Shown one piece after another: positions 44,528 through 59,314 of a stretch of DNA of 64,000 bases. The DNA comes from the human T2T-CHM13v2.0 reference genome, Homo sapiens. Within the stretch, counting starts at the first letter, position 1. The number at the start of each line of letters is the position of its first letter. The stretch is taken from NCBI RefSeq assembly GCF_009914755.1, contig NC_060947.1; one strand, given 5' to 3'. Below the pieces are notes generated by a model. The model did no database searches, was not told the DNA's origin, and saw only the letters and a list, made by a program, of their open reading frames with translations. The position numbers and the translations under genes are program-made.

Positions 44528-44974
44528 ACTAGACTGTCAGCTCCATGAGGGCAGAAACCTTTTCTGTCTTGCCCATCATGGTGTCCCTGCTATCTGACAT
44601 AGTGCTAGCTAAATATTTCTAAATAATTGAATAAAGGAATTGATATTATATCTAGGTTTGTATTGAACGCTGAAACTTTGGCTAAAAGGTTCATGGAATC
44701 ATTTTGGATTTATTTTTCCATTCCTCTGGGTGACTGAGTATTTAACTCATATTACTATATTTCATGTCTTTAGTTTCACTAATGACAGGAAGTTGTGGCT
44801 GTGGCTACGTCATGTAATGTTGTTCCATTTACAAATATATTATCTGTAAATCTTTCTCATGTCTTTTCAGAGAAGAGATGTGAAGAAGAATAAATAATTC
44901 CCAAGCTAAGGGAAATTTAAAGCAAGAAAAGTGGGGAAGCCAAGAGAAGCCAGGCCTTGATGGTTAAAAGGACC

Positions 44975-45568
44975 TATATTAGTTTTTTATTGCGGCATAA
45001 AAATTAGTAAAACTTAAAGGTTTAAAATAGCATAAACGTATTAATTCACAGTTTCTGTGCGTGAGAAGTCTGGGTACAGCATGCTTTGATTTTCTGCTCA
45101 TAGTCTCACTGAACTGAAATCAAGGTGTCTGGCAGGGGCTGAATTTCTCATCTGGGTTCAAGGCCTCTTCTCATTTCATTCGATTTGTTGGCAGAATTTG
45201 GTTTTCTTCTAGCTGTTGGCTGGCGACCTCTCAGCTCCTAGAAGCTTCCCACAGTATCTTGCCATGTGGCTCCCAAAGGCAGTTCACAAGATAAATGTTT
45301 GCTTTCTTCCAAGTCAGCTGGATCCTGTCTCTCTGACTTCCTCTCTCACCAGCCAGATAAAACTCTGCTTTTAAAGCGCTTATGCAACTGTTTAGTCCCA
45401 TCTAGATAATCATACCATCTTAAGGTCCTGATTTGGGACCTTAATTACATCTGCAAATACCTTCATAGCAGTATCTAGATTGGTGTTGGATTGAATAACT
45501 GGGAGAAGGTGTATATACACCAGCGACTGAGAATATTGGCAGGCCATCTTAGAATTCCACCTATCACA
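44975..45568 (-). mobile_element. MLT1 (about MLT1E) MaLR solo LTR
   Basis: CTGAAATCAAGGTGTCTGGCAGGG...CTTAATTACATCTGCAAA...CATCTTAGAATTCCACCTATCACA. Confidence 0.8.
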
Positions 45569-45756
45569 GAAATTCTGACAAGGGCCTCCATCATTTCAGT
45601 GAGAAATAAATTATGAGAAGAAACTTTGAGTCTACAGAAGGAGGCAATTCTTTCGAAGCTAGAGAAAGCCTATTGAGGAAGTAGCCACAGGAACTGTGAA
45701 GGGGCATTTGAATTAAGGCAATGCCAGCACTGGAATGCATGGCATGTTAAATATAA

Positions 45757-46075
<319 letters not shown>

Positions 46076-46409
46076 AATAACTCCGCCATTTTTCAGATGA
46101 GGAAATGGAGGCCTAGCAAGTGGAAGCCTTCTGGTAGTGATCATTGGCAGCCATCTCATGTTATTTTTTTTTCTTTCTAGAATCTATTGACTGTTGGAAG
46201 GGCTGGAAAATGGAGCATTTGAGATCTGATGAGCTTAAAATCTCTCATCAAACTAACTTTCTCATCTTCTCCATGACTACCTGCATTCTGAAATAACTTA
46301 AAGCCTAAAAACACTTTTATTCTTCAAGTTTTAGAAAAAGAAAACTACTTTGTATATAACATTGGATTCATCCTCGCATTCGTATCTAACATTGAATATA
46401 CTAGGTTTT

Positions 46410-46532
46410 TCTCTTTTGAGACAGGGTCTCACTATGTTGCCCAAGCTGGTCTTGAACTCCTGGGCTCAAGCAATCCTCCTGCCTTGGCCTCCTAAACTGC
46501 TGGGATTACAAGTGTGAGCCACCATGCCCAGC
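46410..46532 (-). mobile_element. FLAM_C monomer
   Basis: GAGACAGGGTCTCACTATGTTGCCCAAGCTGG...GAGCCACCATGCCCAGC. Confidence 0.85.
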
Positions 46533-49231
46533 AATGCTAGTTGTTAAATCATGAATTGTGCTGAATCTTCCATTTTTCAGATGTATATTTTTATTTAAAC
46601 CAATTGTTTAAGAGGTGAGTAACTTGGGCAAAGACACAGCTCTATTTCTCTTTCAGGACCAAGTAGTGATGGAATTATTTGAGAACAGTCTTTTAAGGAC
46701 AGGGACTCAGAGGTTCTGGGTCTTTGAAGGCGAGTAATCATAACAGCTTAGGATGGAAATTACCTTTGAGCTTCAAAGTTCTCTGATTAGACCATTAAAA
46801 AGGATCTGATGAGGAACACAGAAGGAAATGTAATATCCTAGGGTCTTGAAGGAACCTTACCTGAGTGACATTCTTAGGCCTGAATGTAAAAAACACACAC
46901 AGTTTGTTTCTCCAGTGTTGACAGTACATTATCAATGTGATGAGATGAGCAAGTATTATTTTTGCAGAGGCAGAAAAAATAATGAAATCTAAAAATAATG
47001 AAATCTCTGGGGTGTGACCGTCAATGATCATATCTGACTCTGTCAAAGACTGAATTTAAAGGTATGGCTGCCTCCTATATTTCTTACCTTTGCAGGGGCC
47101 TGATTCAGATCCCTGTCAAATCAGCTTAGGTTATTTATTGAAAATCTTTTCTTTTCATTGTTCATTTTTCCAAGGATTCAGACACTGGGGATAATTTTTC
47201 TACTACAAAATAATCAATAATCTGACTGCAGCTGACTTTTCCCACTCATGACAGCAGTCAATTTTCAACTCTTCTGGGGATATTTATCTAGTTGCCTGAT
47301 GCTTCAGGCCACTTGATAACTTCCATTTGCTACTGGACTTTAGGGTCTTTATCTTCCTCGTTACCACCTCCATCACAGGGCCACAGGAGAATGGAAGAAA
47401 CTGGCAGAAAATCAGTTTGCTTTCTGGTTGTTAGAAGCTTTGTGGAAAGGTCCTGTGGGAGCTGGGGTAGAAACAAACAGTTGATTCCACTGAGCCATGA
47501 AGAATTATTTATCACCTATAGCTTTTTCTCTTTTTTTTCTGTCTTCCCCATCCTTACATATAATTGAGAACAGACTTCGTGGTCCACAAAACCCTCTGGA
47601 TTCACAATATCAAATGATGTCCACTATGTCAACCCATACAGTAAGTATAGTAGGCAAGTAGAATAAACGAAACAAAAACAGAACACAGGGAGGCCTGCGG
47701 AAGATTAGTATAGGTGCTTCCATCTAATTAACTTCTGAGGTTGAGTCATAACTGAAGGCTTTTCCCTACTAACCAGTGGTACAATAGAATATTCATAAAT
47801 TTTGCTACTCATACAGATGTCTGGGGCTTTTCCTCTGATTTTGCATGAATCTCTACTGAGAAACTGCTCAGGCCTCAGATTTACCAATACCAAATGGAAT
47901 AGGGAAAGATGTTCAAACTCTCAGTCATATACTAGTGAATGGTCTTTTCATTATCACCAATACCTTGCTGTCCCCACTTGATGTTCCCATGCAAATGTGG
48001 AATCTAAAGGAAATAATAGACATTGAACAGTCAGGATAATTGAATATACCTGTTCTAAATAAAGACCAAGGCTACTGTGTGTGTTATGTCGGCATGCATG
48101 TTTTCAATGAAGGTGATCAATAGGGAAAAAGAGTCCCCCATAAGAACACTGGGAGGCAAGATCATAGAGTCAAAGAATGATTTTCATATTCCAATGGAAT
48201 GCTTACTGGTTTATAGATCTTGGGTAAGTCATTGCACATCTTGCTGAGAAACCGAAAGTCTGTGAAGATTAAGAATACCTGTTCTTTACCTTTTACAGAA
48301 TTGTTGTGAGGAATAAACGGGATGATGATTTGATTGTGTCTAGCCATGTGACCAGCACTTAATGGGTGTTCAGTAAATATCTGTAGATTCTGAATGATGG
48401 CCCCTAAAGGGTCTGGTTTCAGCAGGCCCAGGAGCTTGAAGTCAAGCCCAGGTATACATTCTGGAGTATATAAGAGTACAAGAAATCTATGGAGGTAGGA
48501 TATACTGTATTTATGCAATAAGAAGTATGATCTAAGTCACATTCAGATTTCTGTTTTTCCCAATCTTATATCATTTTTGATGGAGAATAGGAATGCTTTT
48601 CTAAAACTGAGATATTCCACTAAACCATTAAAGTACAGGCAGAGAGGAAAGAGCTTTTGGTTGAAACGAAAAGCTGATTTTTCATGTGTGTACCATGATA
48701 GGCCAGAAGTCCTAGTTATCAGGTCCTCTAAACAGCACGTTAGAAAGTTCACCAGAACATGAGCTTTATGAGAGAGGAGAGTTTTGTGTGCATTTTTCCA
48801 CTGCTGTATCTCCAGAGCATAGAACAATGCCTGACACATAGTAGAAGCTCAATACCTGTGTTGCATGGATGAGTGAGTGTTCACATTCACCGTTCCAGAC
48901 AGAACATCATAACTAAAACCTGTACATTGCTTTGTAGTGTAATTGTCATGGAGTGGGACTATGGACTCTAGAAAAGGCATGGTTATGAGAGGAAGAAAAG
49001 TTTACAGTAGTTTCAAAATTACAACCACAAAAAGAAAATTCGACTGGTAATGCCCTTCACTTTTGCTTAAGCTCAAGAAAAGAAATAAAAACATGTTAAT
49101 GGCCAGGGGATATACCATAAGTAACATTTTACTGGGACAAGATTAACTGCTATGAATTTTACTGACAACAATACTAACATTTTCTATCTTTTATTGTTTA
49201 GCATTTATGTAGTCTGATTACAACAATGTGA

Positions 49232-49573
<342 letters not shown>

Positions 49574-49587
49574 AGTTTTTTTTTTTG

Positions 49588-49621
<34 letters not shown>

Positions 49622-50505
49622 CAGGACTTAGTTACTTTAAAATTCTTTTCTGTCTCCTTTCTTTTTGGCCTTCTTTTTACAAATTTACCTCCTTCTACTG
49701 AAATCTGTTTCCAACCTCCAGCCTCTTGTGGGTTTCTCACAGTCCTTGGCAGGTACTTCTGACAAAGATCGTGATTCTGTGACTTGCAGCAATGTTGGTC
49801 CTGAACTGGCTAGATCCTGGCAAGCAGGCCCCAGACTACTATAAAAAAAGTATAAGAGGCTTCCTGTCAGAGACAGAAGTTGTCTGGTTTATAAATCTTC
49901 TTGTCTTTGGAGCCTTGTGTCAATTTATACTATTCTGACTCTTTCCTTGGACTTGGCTTGCCATTTAGCTTCTAGAGTCTGCTATTGATTACTTGTCAGG
50001 CTCTGACCTATTATCTCATTATTATCTGCAATTGCCATGAACTTCCTATATCTGGACTATTTTCCTGACATGTTCCTATATTCTGCATCTATAATCTGCC
50101 TCCATTTACAGCTATATTTCCATGTTTTTCCATGGCTTATGGTTCCCTTGCTGAATATCCTCATATATTTGCTACTCCAAACTCTGCCCAAACCCCAGCA
50201 GAGGGAAAAATGCATGGTGAGATCAGCCCAAATACATAAAAATTGAAAAGGGGGTGAGAGCAGTTCCAACTAGCAATATTACACCCCTCCCTCATTTATA
50301 GAGTTAGGGAAATGGTGCCTTCAATCTCTAGAAATCTCTTTTATAGGAACTCTGGTCTTGGAAGCTTCATCCACCTTTAAATCATCTTAAAAATGAACCT
50401 GCCTGCTTGGAGATGCTGGTCATTCTATGAGTGGAAGGACAGAAGACTAATGATTTCCCAAGTTCTATCTCCCTTTACAAAAAGAAGAGTTTCCCTCATC
50501 TTGAC

Positions 50506-51004
50506 TGTGATGGTTAATTTTATCTGTCAACTTGACTGGGCCATAGAGTGTCCAGATATTTGGTCAAACATTATTCTGGGTGTGTCTGTGAGGGTGTTTT
50601 GGAGTGAGATTAACATTTGAATTGGTAGACTGAGTGAAGCAGATTGCCCTACCTAATGAGGATGGCCCTCATGCAATGAATTGAAGGCCTGAATAGAACA
50701 AAAGGCTGACCCTTCTGAGAGTAAGAGGGGACCCTTCCTGCCTGACTACTTGAACTAGGACATCAGTCTTTTCCTACCTGCAGACTTGAACTGAAATATC
50801 AGCTCTTCTTGGATCTCAAGCCTGTGGCTTTTGGGCCAGAACTTGTACAATCAGCTCTCTTGGTTTTCAGGACTTCAGACTTAGACTAGAACTATACCAT
50901 CAGCTTTCCTAGGTCTCCAGCTTGCAGGTCTTGGGACTCTCAGCCCCCATAATCATGCAAGTCAATTTTTTAATAAGTGCCTGCAGAGGCCCCTGACTAA
51001 TACA
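50506..51004 (+). mobile_element. MLT2B-type ERV-L solo LTR
   Basis: TGTGATGGTTAATTTTATCTGTCAACTTGACTGGGC ... CCCTGACTAATACA. Confidence 0.9.
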
Positions 51005-51879
51005 CCTACCCTTCCACAGTCAAGTTGTGCTGCTCCATGAACAGCACAAGAAAAGATGAAAGAAAGTCTCAAGCAGTCTTACTAGACTTCAGAAAATATT
51101 TCAAATTAGGGTGATTTTAGAGAAAGGAAGTTTTGTGAATGATTAAGAGACCTGTAATCCTGACTCAATTTATGTGTGACATGACTTTGGGTAAGTCACC
51201 TCCCTGGGATTACTTCCATTTAATAAAGAGAGAAATTATTCTAATGAACTCTCTCACTCTATGCCTATGCCATAGTAAAGCTAAAAAAGTAAAGCAACTA
51301 AATCATCACTAGTATGCAATAATATCAACTCCCAACATTTCTTTCTTTTAGCCAAGAATCATTTGTTAATCATCCCTGAAACTATTCATACCAAATACAA
51401 CACAAACCCCTTGCTTTCTTTGGTGTCTTTTAAATAGAAATGGGGATACAATGCCTTTCAGGAAGAATGGTCTTTGTGGTCATGACAATTAAACAGAATT
51501 ATGTGTTGGAAGTGGGTACCCAGATATTATGAAAAAAGTCTAGCTGCAGATAATCAAAACGCACTGTAAATAATGGTATTTCAGTATATGGGATAAAATT
51601 TGGTATTTTATCTCTAAGCTTGCTGATGGATATGAAAAGAAAAATTAGCCAGTTATGCCAATTATAGAAATTATAGCTTATTAAGGTTCATACCAAAGCT
51701 GATTTGACAGAATCCTCCAGTACAGACACCATTCTGAAAAGATCAGTAGCAACAGATTTTGTCAGAATGAGAATCAAAATGTTTGGTGAGCAGGAACCAT
51801 AGGTCACTAACACCATGTCGTAAATTTGTTTAATATAATCACTGCCTTGGCATTCATTTTTTTTGGCCTGACATAAGTT

Positions 51880-52331
51880 ATTGGTAACCTAGTCATGCCC
51901 CCATCACCTTTGACCTAGTTAAAACTTCCACTCTCCATGTGTTTGTTTGTAATATAGTTCACAAATTCCGCATCTCATTAACCCCAAACCCAGCACACTC
52001 CACAGCTGGTAATCATGATAAAACCTAATGAACACCAGAGTCATGTGAATAAGATCCCTCTTCATGTGTGTTTTCTTTAAACTAGCCAATCCACAATTCT
52101 CACAGGAAAACCTAAGAGATAATGCCCATGGACCTTAATAAAGCCATAGTCCCACAGATATACCCCCTTTCTCACTCCCCATCCACTGGTTGAGCACTCT
52201 GCTATCCCCAGGCTTCCTATTAGCCTCCTGTTGGCACCCTCAACCTCTTGAACCTGTGAGTAATAAACTTCTTTCATTTCAAGCATTTTGGTTTTACTTC
52301 CTCATTGTGTCTCACCTGACACAAACACACA
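51880..52331 (+). mobile_element. ERVL-class LTR fragment (MER54/MER73/MER88-like)
   Basis: AAACTAGCCAATCC CCAAT box, GAGTAATAAACTT poly(A) signal, CCTCATTGTGTCTCACCTGACAC. Confidence 0.55.
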
Positions 52332-53213
52332 ATAGTGTTATTCTCAATATTATTTAACAGCTTTCATAATCATACCGTTTCCACAAGAAACAGTTATAAG
52401 AGCACTCCTGGATGCATCAGTGCCCCTGCACCTTCATTTAGACTGTACTTCTGCCATGATACCCTCCTTCCAACTCTTGAAACTCTCCTCACAGGTCATA
52501 GCCCAGTTCAAGCCCAATCTCCCTTATGAAGCACTCTCTGTCCACTGAAGTCCCCCTGTGATTGTATCCACCTACATGATTTGTCTCCAGCACTTATTTG
52601 GCACTTGAAAGAAGCAGAGATGTCACAAGGTAATGTATCTTTTCTTCAACACTTCATGGCTTGGCTAGTTACAGAAAAACTTTGGACAGATTGCTGGACC
52701 CTTTCAGGGCCTTCATTTCTTTATATTTTAATTGAAGAATTTGAATAAGAGCTATGGTTTTCAAGCATTTTGTTTTGGTCATGGAACCCTTTCTGCTAAC
52801 AATATAAGTAGAACTAAATAAGATAAAGTAAAAGTTAAATAAAACAATAAATAAAGTTAAATAAAAGAAGGTCATGAAGCTAGAGCCTCCTAGGTGCAAA
52901 GAAATGCCCTAGACTCTTTTTCAATAGTTTGAGGCCCTTCTATGGAACCCTAAAAAATTCTACCAAAAAGTACGAAAACCACTGGACTAGATTATCTTAA
53001 CCTCTTTCAGTTCTTATAGTCTATGCTTGTTGTTTTTTAATTTTGATTTTCTCATTCCTGACCATCATGGAACCCTATAGTCAATGCTTCTATTTGTATG
53101 TGTAGAGTCCTGGCTGGATTGAAAGCTTCTTAATGGCGGTGATTGTGTATGACATTGAATTTCTAGATTATATATTGCCTTGTGGAGAGAAATTGCTACA
53201 TTAAGATATTTGG

Positions 53214-53294
53214 CACTGCACTCCAGCCTGGGTGACAGTGAGACCATGAAAAAAAAAAAAGAAGAAGAAAAAGAAAGAAAGAAAGAAAGAAAGA
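53214..53294 (+). mobile_element. Extremely 5'-truncated Alu (~35 nt) with A/(GAAA)n tail
   Basis: CACTGCACTCCAGCCTGGGTGACAGTGAGACC; TSD AAGA(T/A)ATTTGG (53203-53213 / 53295-53305). Confidence 0.85.
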
Positions 53295-53579
53295 AAGAAA
53301 TTTGGGTCAAGGAGGACAAGCTTCCATGGAGGCATTTAGTTTTCTGTTCATCTGAAGAAATTTCTTGCCTTTTTCCTGGACTAGGGAGACAGAAGCAACA
53401 GTTACCACATTTCTGCCCTTGATCCTGAGACTCTGAACTTGCCCTTTAGTGACCTTCTCTAAGTTTTGGCCTTCTAGAAGCTCTATTCTTGGTAGTATTG
53501 GTAAATTGCTCCACCTATAGGGTGAAGATAATTCATGTGTTCTTTGAATCAAATCTTACTGATATAATTTGAAAAATAG

Positions 53580-54136
<557 letters not shown>

Positions 54137-54611
54137 GAGTACCTCAAAGTTATTTCATACTGCAGAGCCCATCATGTCTCAGAATATAGGTTGATTCACT
54201 GCATCAGTGCAGTGACTATTATATACTTATGATATTTGCATACTTTACTTATTCCGTACATATAAATCACAGAGGCTTACTTTCAGGGAGAAAAACCTTA
54301 GAGAACATCAACAAAGAATGTATGGGATCTCTATCCCAGGTGTCAGACTTAAATCATCCTAGCATTAAGCAAACTGGTTGACTTCTCAAGGTCCCTCAAA
54401 TATCCCCATGTACATATTTCTTTTCTTCTTGCTAGCAAAGTGGTGACTTGTCTTTTATTGTTGGCCTGAATAATTAGTTTCATGCAAGTTTAAAACTGGA
54501 AGGAATACTCAAGTTCAAAGATCCTTATTCACTATATACAAACACAGGCCCAGAAAGATGCTGTGCTAGTTATTAGAAAAGCTGGGATGAAACTTAGTGC
54601 TTTTAACTTTT

Positions 54612-55290
54612 TTTTTTCTTTTTTTCTAAATTATGCTTTAAGTTCTAGGGTGCATGTGCATAACGTGCAGGTTTGTTACATAGGTATACATGTGCCATGT
54701 TGGTTTGCTGCACGCATCAACTCATCATTTACATTAGGTATTTCTCCTAATGCAATCGCTCCCCCAGGCCCCCACCCCATGACAGGCCCTGGTGTGTGAT
54801 GTTCCCTGCCCTGTGTCCATGTGTTCTCATTGTTCAACTCCCACCTGTGAGTGAGAACATGCAGTGTTTTGTTTTCTGTCCTTGTGATAGTTTGCTTAGA
54901 ATGATGGTTTCCAGCTTCATCCATGTCCGTACAAAGGACATGAACTCATCATTTTTTATGGCTGCATAGTACTCCATGGTGTATATGTGCCACATTTTCT
55001 TAATCCAGTCTAACATTGATGGACATTTGGGCTGGTTCCAAGTCTTTGCTATTGTGAATAGTGCCACAATAAACATACATGTGCATGTGTCTTTATAGTA
55101 CCATGATTTATAATCCTTTGGGTATATACCCAGTAATGGGATCGCTGGGTCAAATTGTATTTCTAGTTCTAGATCCTTGAGGAATCGCCACACTGTCTTC
55201 CACAATGGTTGAACTAATTTACACTCCCACCAGCAGTGTAAAAGTGTTCCTATTTCTCCACATCCTCTCCAGCATCTGTTGTTTATCTGT
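54612..55290 (-). mobile_element. L1PA (about PA6) 3' fragment
   Basis: ORF2 C-terminus (ORF 54834-55205) and 3'UTR; TSD TGCTTTTAACTTTT (54598-54611 / 55291-55304). Confidence 0.93.
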
Positions 55291-55352
55291 TGCTTTTAAC
55301 TTTTAATTTGTTGAATTTTCTGCTGACAAAAGCTTCTTGCCTTTCAACTTTT

Positions 55353-56042
55353 AGTTATTTTAAAATACGCAATGTATTATTGACTCTTGTCACCCTGTTG
55401 TGCTATCACATAGTAGGTCTTACTTATTTTTTCTGTTTTCTTTTTGTGCCAATTAACCATCCCCACCCTCCCTCCAACCCCCCGTTACCCTTCCCAGCCT
55501 CTGGTAATCATCCTTCTACTCTCTATGTCTGTGAGTTCAATTGTTTTGATTTTTAGATCCCACAAATAAGAGAGAATATGTAATATAATGTCTTCTGTGC
55601 CTGGATTATTTCAATTAACATAATGATCTCTAATTCTATCCATGTTGTTGCAAATGGCAGGATCTCATTCTTTTTTTCTGGCTGAGTAGTACTTTATTGT
55701 GTATATGTACCACATTTTCTTTGTTCATTCATCTGCTGATGGACACTTAGGTTGCTTCCAAATCTTGGCTATCGCTAATAGTGCTGCAACAATCATGGGA
55801 GTGCAGGCATCTGTTTGATGTACTGATTTCTTTTCTTTGGGGTCTATACCCAGCAGTGGGATGGCTGGGTTGTACAGCACCTATATTTTAGTTTTCTGAG
55901 GAATCTCCAAGCTGATCTCCATAGTGGTTGTACTAATTTACATTTCCACCAGCAGTGCAAGAGGGTTCCCTTTTCTCCACATCCTCACCATCATTTGTTA
56001 TTGACTGTCTTTTTGGTGTAAGCCATTTTAACTGGAGTGAAC
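55353..56042 (-). mobile_element. L1MA fragment lacking its 3' terminus and poly(A)
   Basis: CCCTTCCCAGCCTCTGGTAATCATCC...TTAGATCCCACAAATAAG; TSD TG(C/T)CT(T/C)TCAACTTTT (55338-55352 / 56043-56057). Confidence 0.85.
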
Positions 56043-56159
56043 TGTCTCTCAACTTTTAAATTGAGACAGAATAATAGGTAGCTATATAACCCAAAGTAGA
56101 GGACCCTTAAATGATACTCAAAATTAGAAGAAAGGTAGAATAATGAGTCGTTTTCATGA

Positions 56160-56508
<349 letters not shown>

Positions 56509-57194
56509 TAGAATTTTATGTGATTAAAAAGAGAGCAGAAATGAATATTTTTTGGTCATTGACTAAGTACTAGGCATTGTGCTAAGCACTTTACATGTAT
56601 CATCTTGTGTAATACATACAATAACCCTCCAAGCTAAGTATTATTATTTATAAATGAGAACTCTAAGCCTCGAAGATATGTGACTTGCCCGAAGTCCATA
56701 GCTAGTAAGTGAGAGATCTGGAATTTGAACCAACATCTTTCTCAACCCACACACACATTCTTGTTAATCGCTATAGCATTCCGAATCCTGGAGCCTCATA
56801 AGGAGGATAAGAAAACCATTACTCTTCTTGCTCAAATGATTGTGATGAATCTGTTTGTTGAGCTTCCCATTGCTTATGGGATGTGGATAGCTTTTGTTTC
56901 TTGTGGGGACAATAGAAAAAAACAGGAATTCTGGGATGGATTTGTCCATCAGCCTTGTCTTTCTCTCATTTTGCTGATCTCTCCTGGAGGAATCTGCTTC
57001 TATCCTTTCGCACAGAATGTTTTACTATGTGAAAAAGCATTGCATCCATCACCTATATAATTGTTTAAGTATCCTTTGTAATTGAAATTTTGGCCTACTA
57101 TACTTCATCATCAATCAATTCTAATTACTATTTTTGCAAGGGAGGTGGAGTGGGATGGAGAGGACATCTGTTATTTGACTGAAGAAAAATAACT

Positions 57195-57425
57195 AGTGTT
57201 GAGTACCCACTGTGTGCCCAGCTTTGTGCTAGGTATTTTATATCTATCTCACTTAATCCTTACAAGGATCCTGCAGGGTTATACATCTACATGTAACAGA
57301 AGGGGAAACTGAAGTTTGAGTCAGCTAAGTAAATAGCTTGACATCACATGGCTATTAAGGGGCAGAGCTGGGATTTGAAATCAGGTCTTTTTGGCTCTAC
57401 AACCTAATGTCTATTCCACTATACT
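57195..57425 (-). mobile_element. MIR (a second MIR lies at ~56545-56740)
   Basis: TTGAGTACCCACTGTGTGCC...GGGCAGAGCTGGGATTTGAAATCAGGTCT. Confidence 0.8.
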
Positions 57426-58269
57426 ACTCAGCCTTCATTAAAAGCACAGTTATTGCTTTCCATAAGAGTTCTGATAAGCAGGGAAATCTCGATCTTTCTT
57501 AGTTTTTTCTAAATCCTGGCTCCAACTCTCCGGAGGTTCCCCTAGGGCAGATGAACACAATGAACTATCTTCTGCAGAAAAGAAAAGGGGACAAAACCCC
57601 CAGCTCCTTGAGACATGGAATTAAAGGATTATTTCCTGCTCCCTCCAGTCCCTGCCTTGAATGAAAGGTCTGAGTAATAGCTTCCCTGCTCTACTCAAAC
57701 CAAGGACAGGCATCTGGGAATTGCTTCTTGGCTATGAAACTCAGACAGTGCTTTTATTGTCATTTTAACTGTGAGCATTCCCTCCAATCTTACTGTTTCC
57801 AATTTCTGCACCTGTTTATTGGCTAATTTTGTTTTCAGTTTGCTGAAGCTGTGTATTCTTAATTATGTTAATAGGAGTTAACTAAAAAATAAACATTTAA
57901 AATACATATTGAGCACCAGCAAAGTTTAAAAAAATAATTTATTGAGGTGAAATTCACCTATTATGGATATAGATAATATTATCATAGATATAGACATAGA
58001 TAAATAGATATATATCTATATACATAGATGTATATATATCTATAGATATAGATAATATTATCACCTATTATGGATATTTCACATGAATGAAATCATACAA
58101 TATGTGACCTTTTGTATCTGACTTCTTTTACTTAGCATAATGTTTTCAATGTTCATCCATGTTGTAGCATGTATCAGTAATTCATTTCATTTTAAATCTA
58201 GGTAATATTCCATTGTATATATATATATATTTCATATAGACTTTGATATTACATATATATATATATAAT

Positions 58270-58840
58270 CTCAAAAAACAATAAACAGAGCAAAGAGACA
58301 ACCTGCAGAATAAGAGAATGCATTTGCAAACTATACATCTGATGAAAGGTTAATATCCAAAATAGGTAAGGAACTCAAGCAACTCACCAACAAATAAACC
58401 AATAACCTGATTTAAAAATAGGCAAAAGAGCTGAATAGAGATTTCTCCAATAAAGACATACAGGTGGCCAATAGGCATATGAAAAAATGCCCAGCATCAC
58501 TAATCATCAGGGAAATGCAAATAAAAACTACAATGAGATATTACCTCACTCCAGTCAGAATGGCTACTATCAAAAAAATCAAAAGACAACAAATGTTGGC
58601 AAGGGTGTGGAGAAAAGGGAACTGTTACACACTGCTGGTGAGAAGGTGAATTAGTACAACCATTATGGACAACAGTATGAAGGTTCCTCAAAAAAAAAAA
58701 AAAATAGAACTCTCATATGATCCAGTAATTCCACTATTGGATATGTATCCAAAAGAAGGGAAATCAGTATGTCAAAGAGATACCTGCATTCCTATGTTTA
58801 TTGAAGAACTGTTCACAATAGACAACATATGGAATCAACC
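58270..58840 (+). mobile_element. Internal L1 (MA/PB-type) ORF2 fragment without 3'UTR or poly(A)
   Basis: [34 protein letters not shown]; stops abruptly at GGAATCAACC. Confidence 0.85.
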
Positions 58841-59314
58841 AGACTTTGTTTATCCATACATAAATCCACTGATGGGCATTTGGGTTGTTTCCATCTCTTG
58901 GCTATTATAAATAGGGCTGCTAGGAATGTATGTACATATGCTTGCTTGAGTACCTGTTTTCAGTTACATAGCGTATATGCCTAGGAGTAGAAATATGGAT
59001 TCATATGGCATTTCTATGTTTAACTTCCTGAAGAACTACCAAATTGCTTTTCATAGTGGCTGAACCATTTTACATTCCCACCAGCAAGGTGCAAGAGTTC
59101 CAATTTTTGTACATCTTCATCAATGCTTGTTTTTGTCTTTTTTAAAATTATGAAACATCCTGATAGGTGTGAGCTCTCTCACTGTGGTTTTGATTTTCAT
59201 TTCTCTAATGACTAATGATGATAAACATCTTCTCATATGCTTTTTGGCCATACATATATCTTCTTTGGAGAAATGCATAGTCAAGTTTTTTGCCCAATTT
59301 AAAATAGAGGTTTT

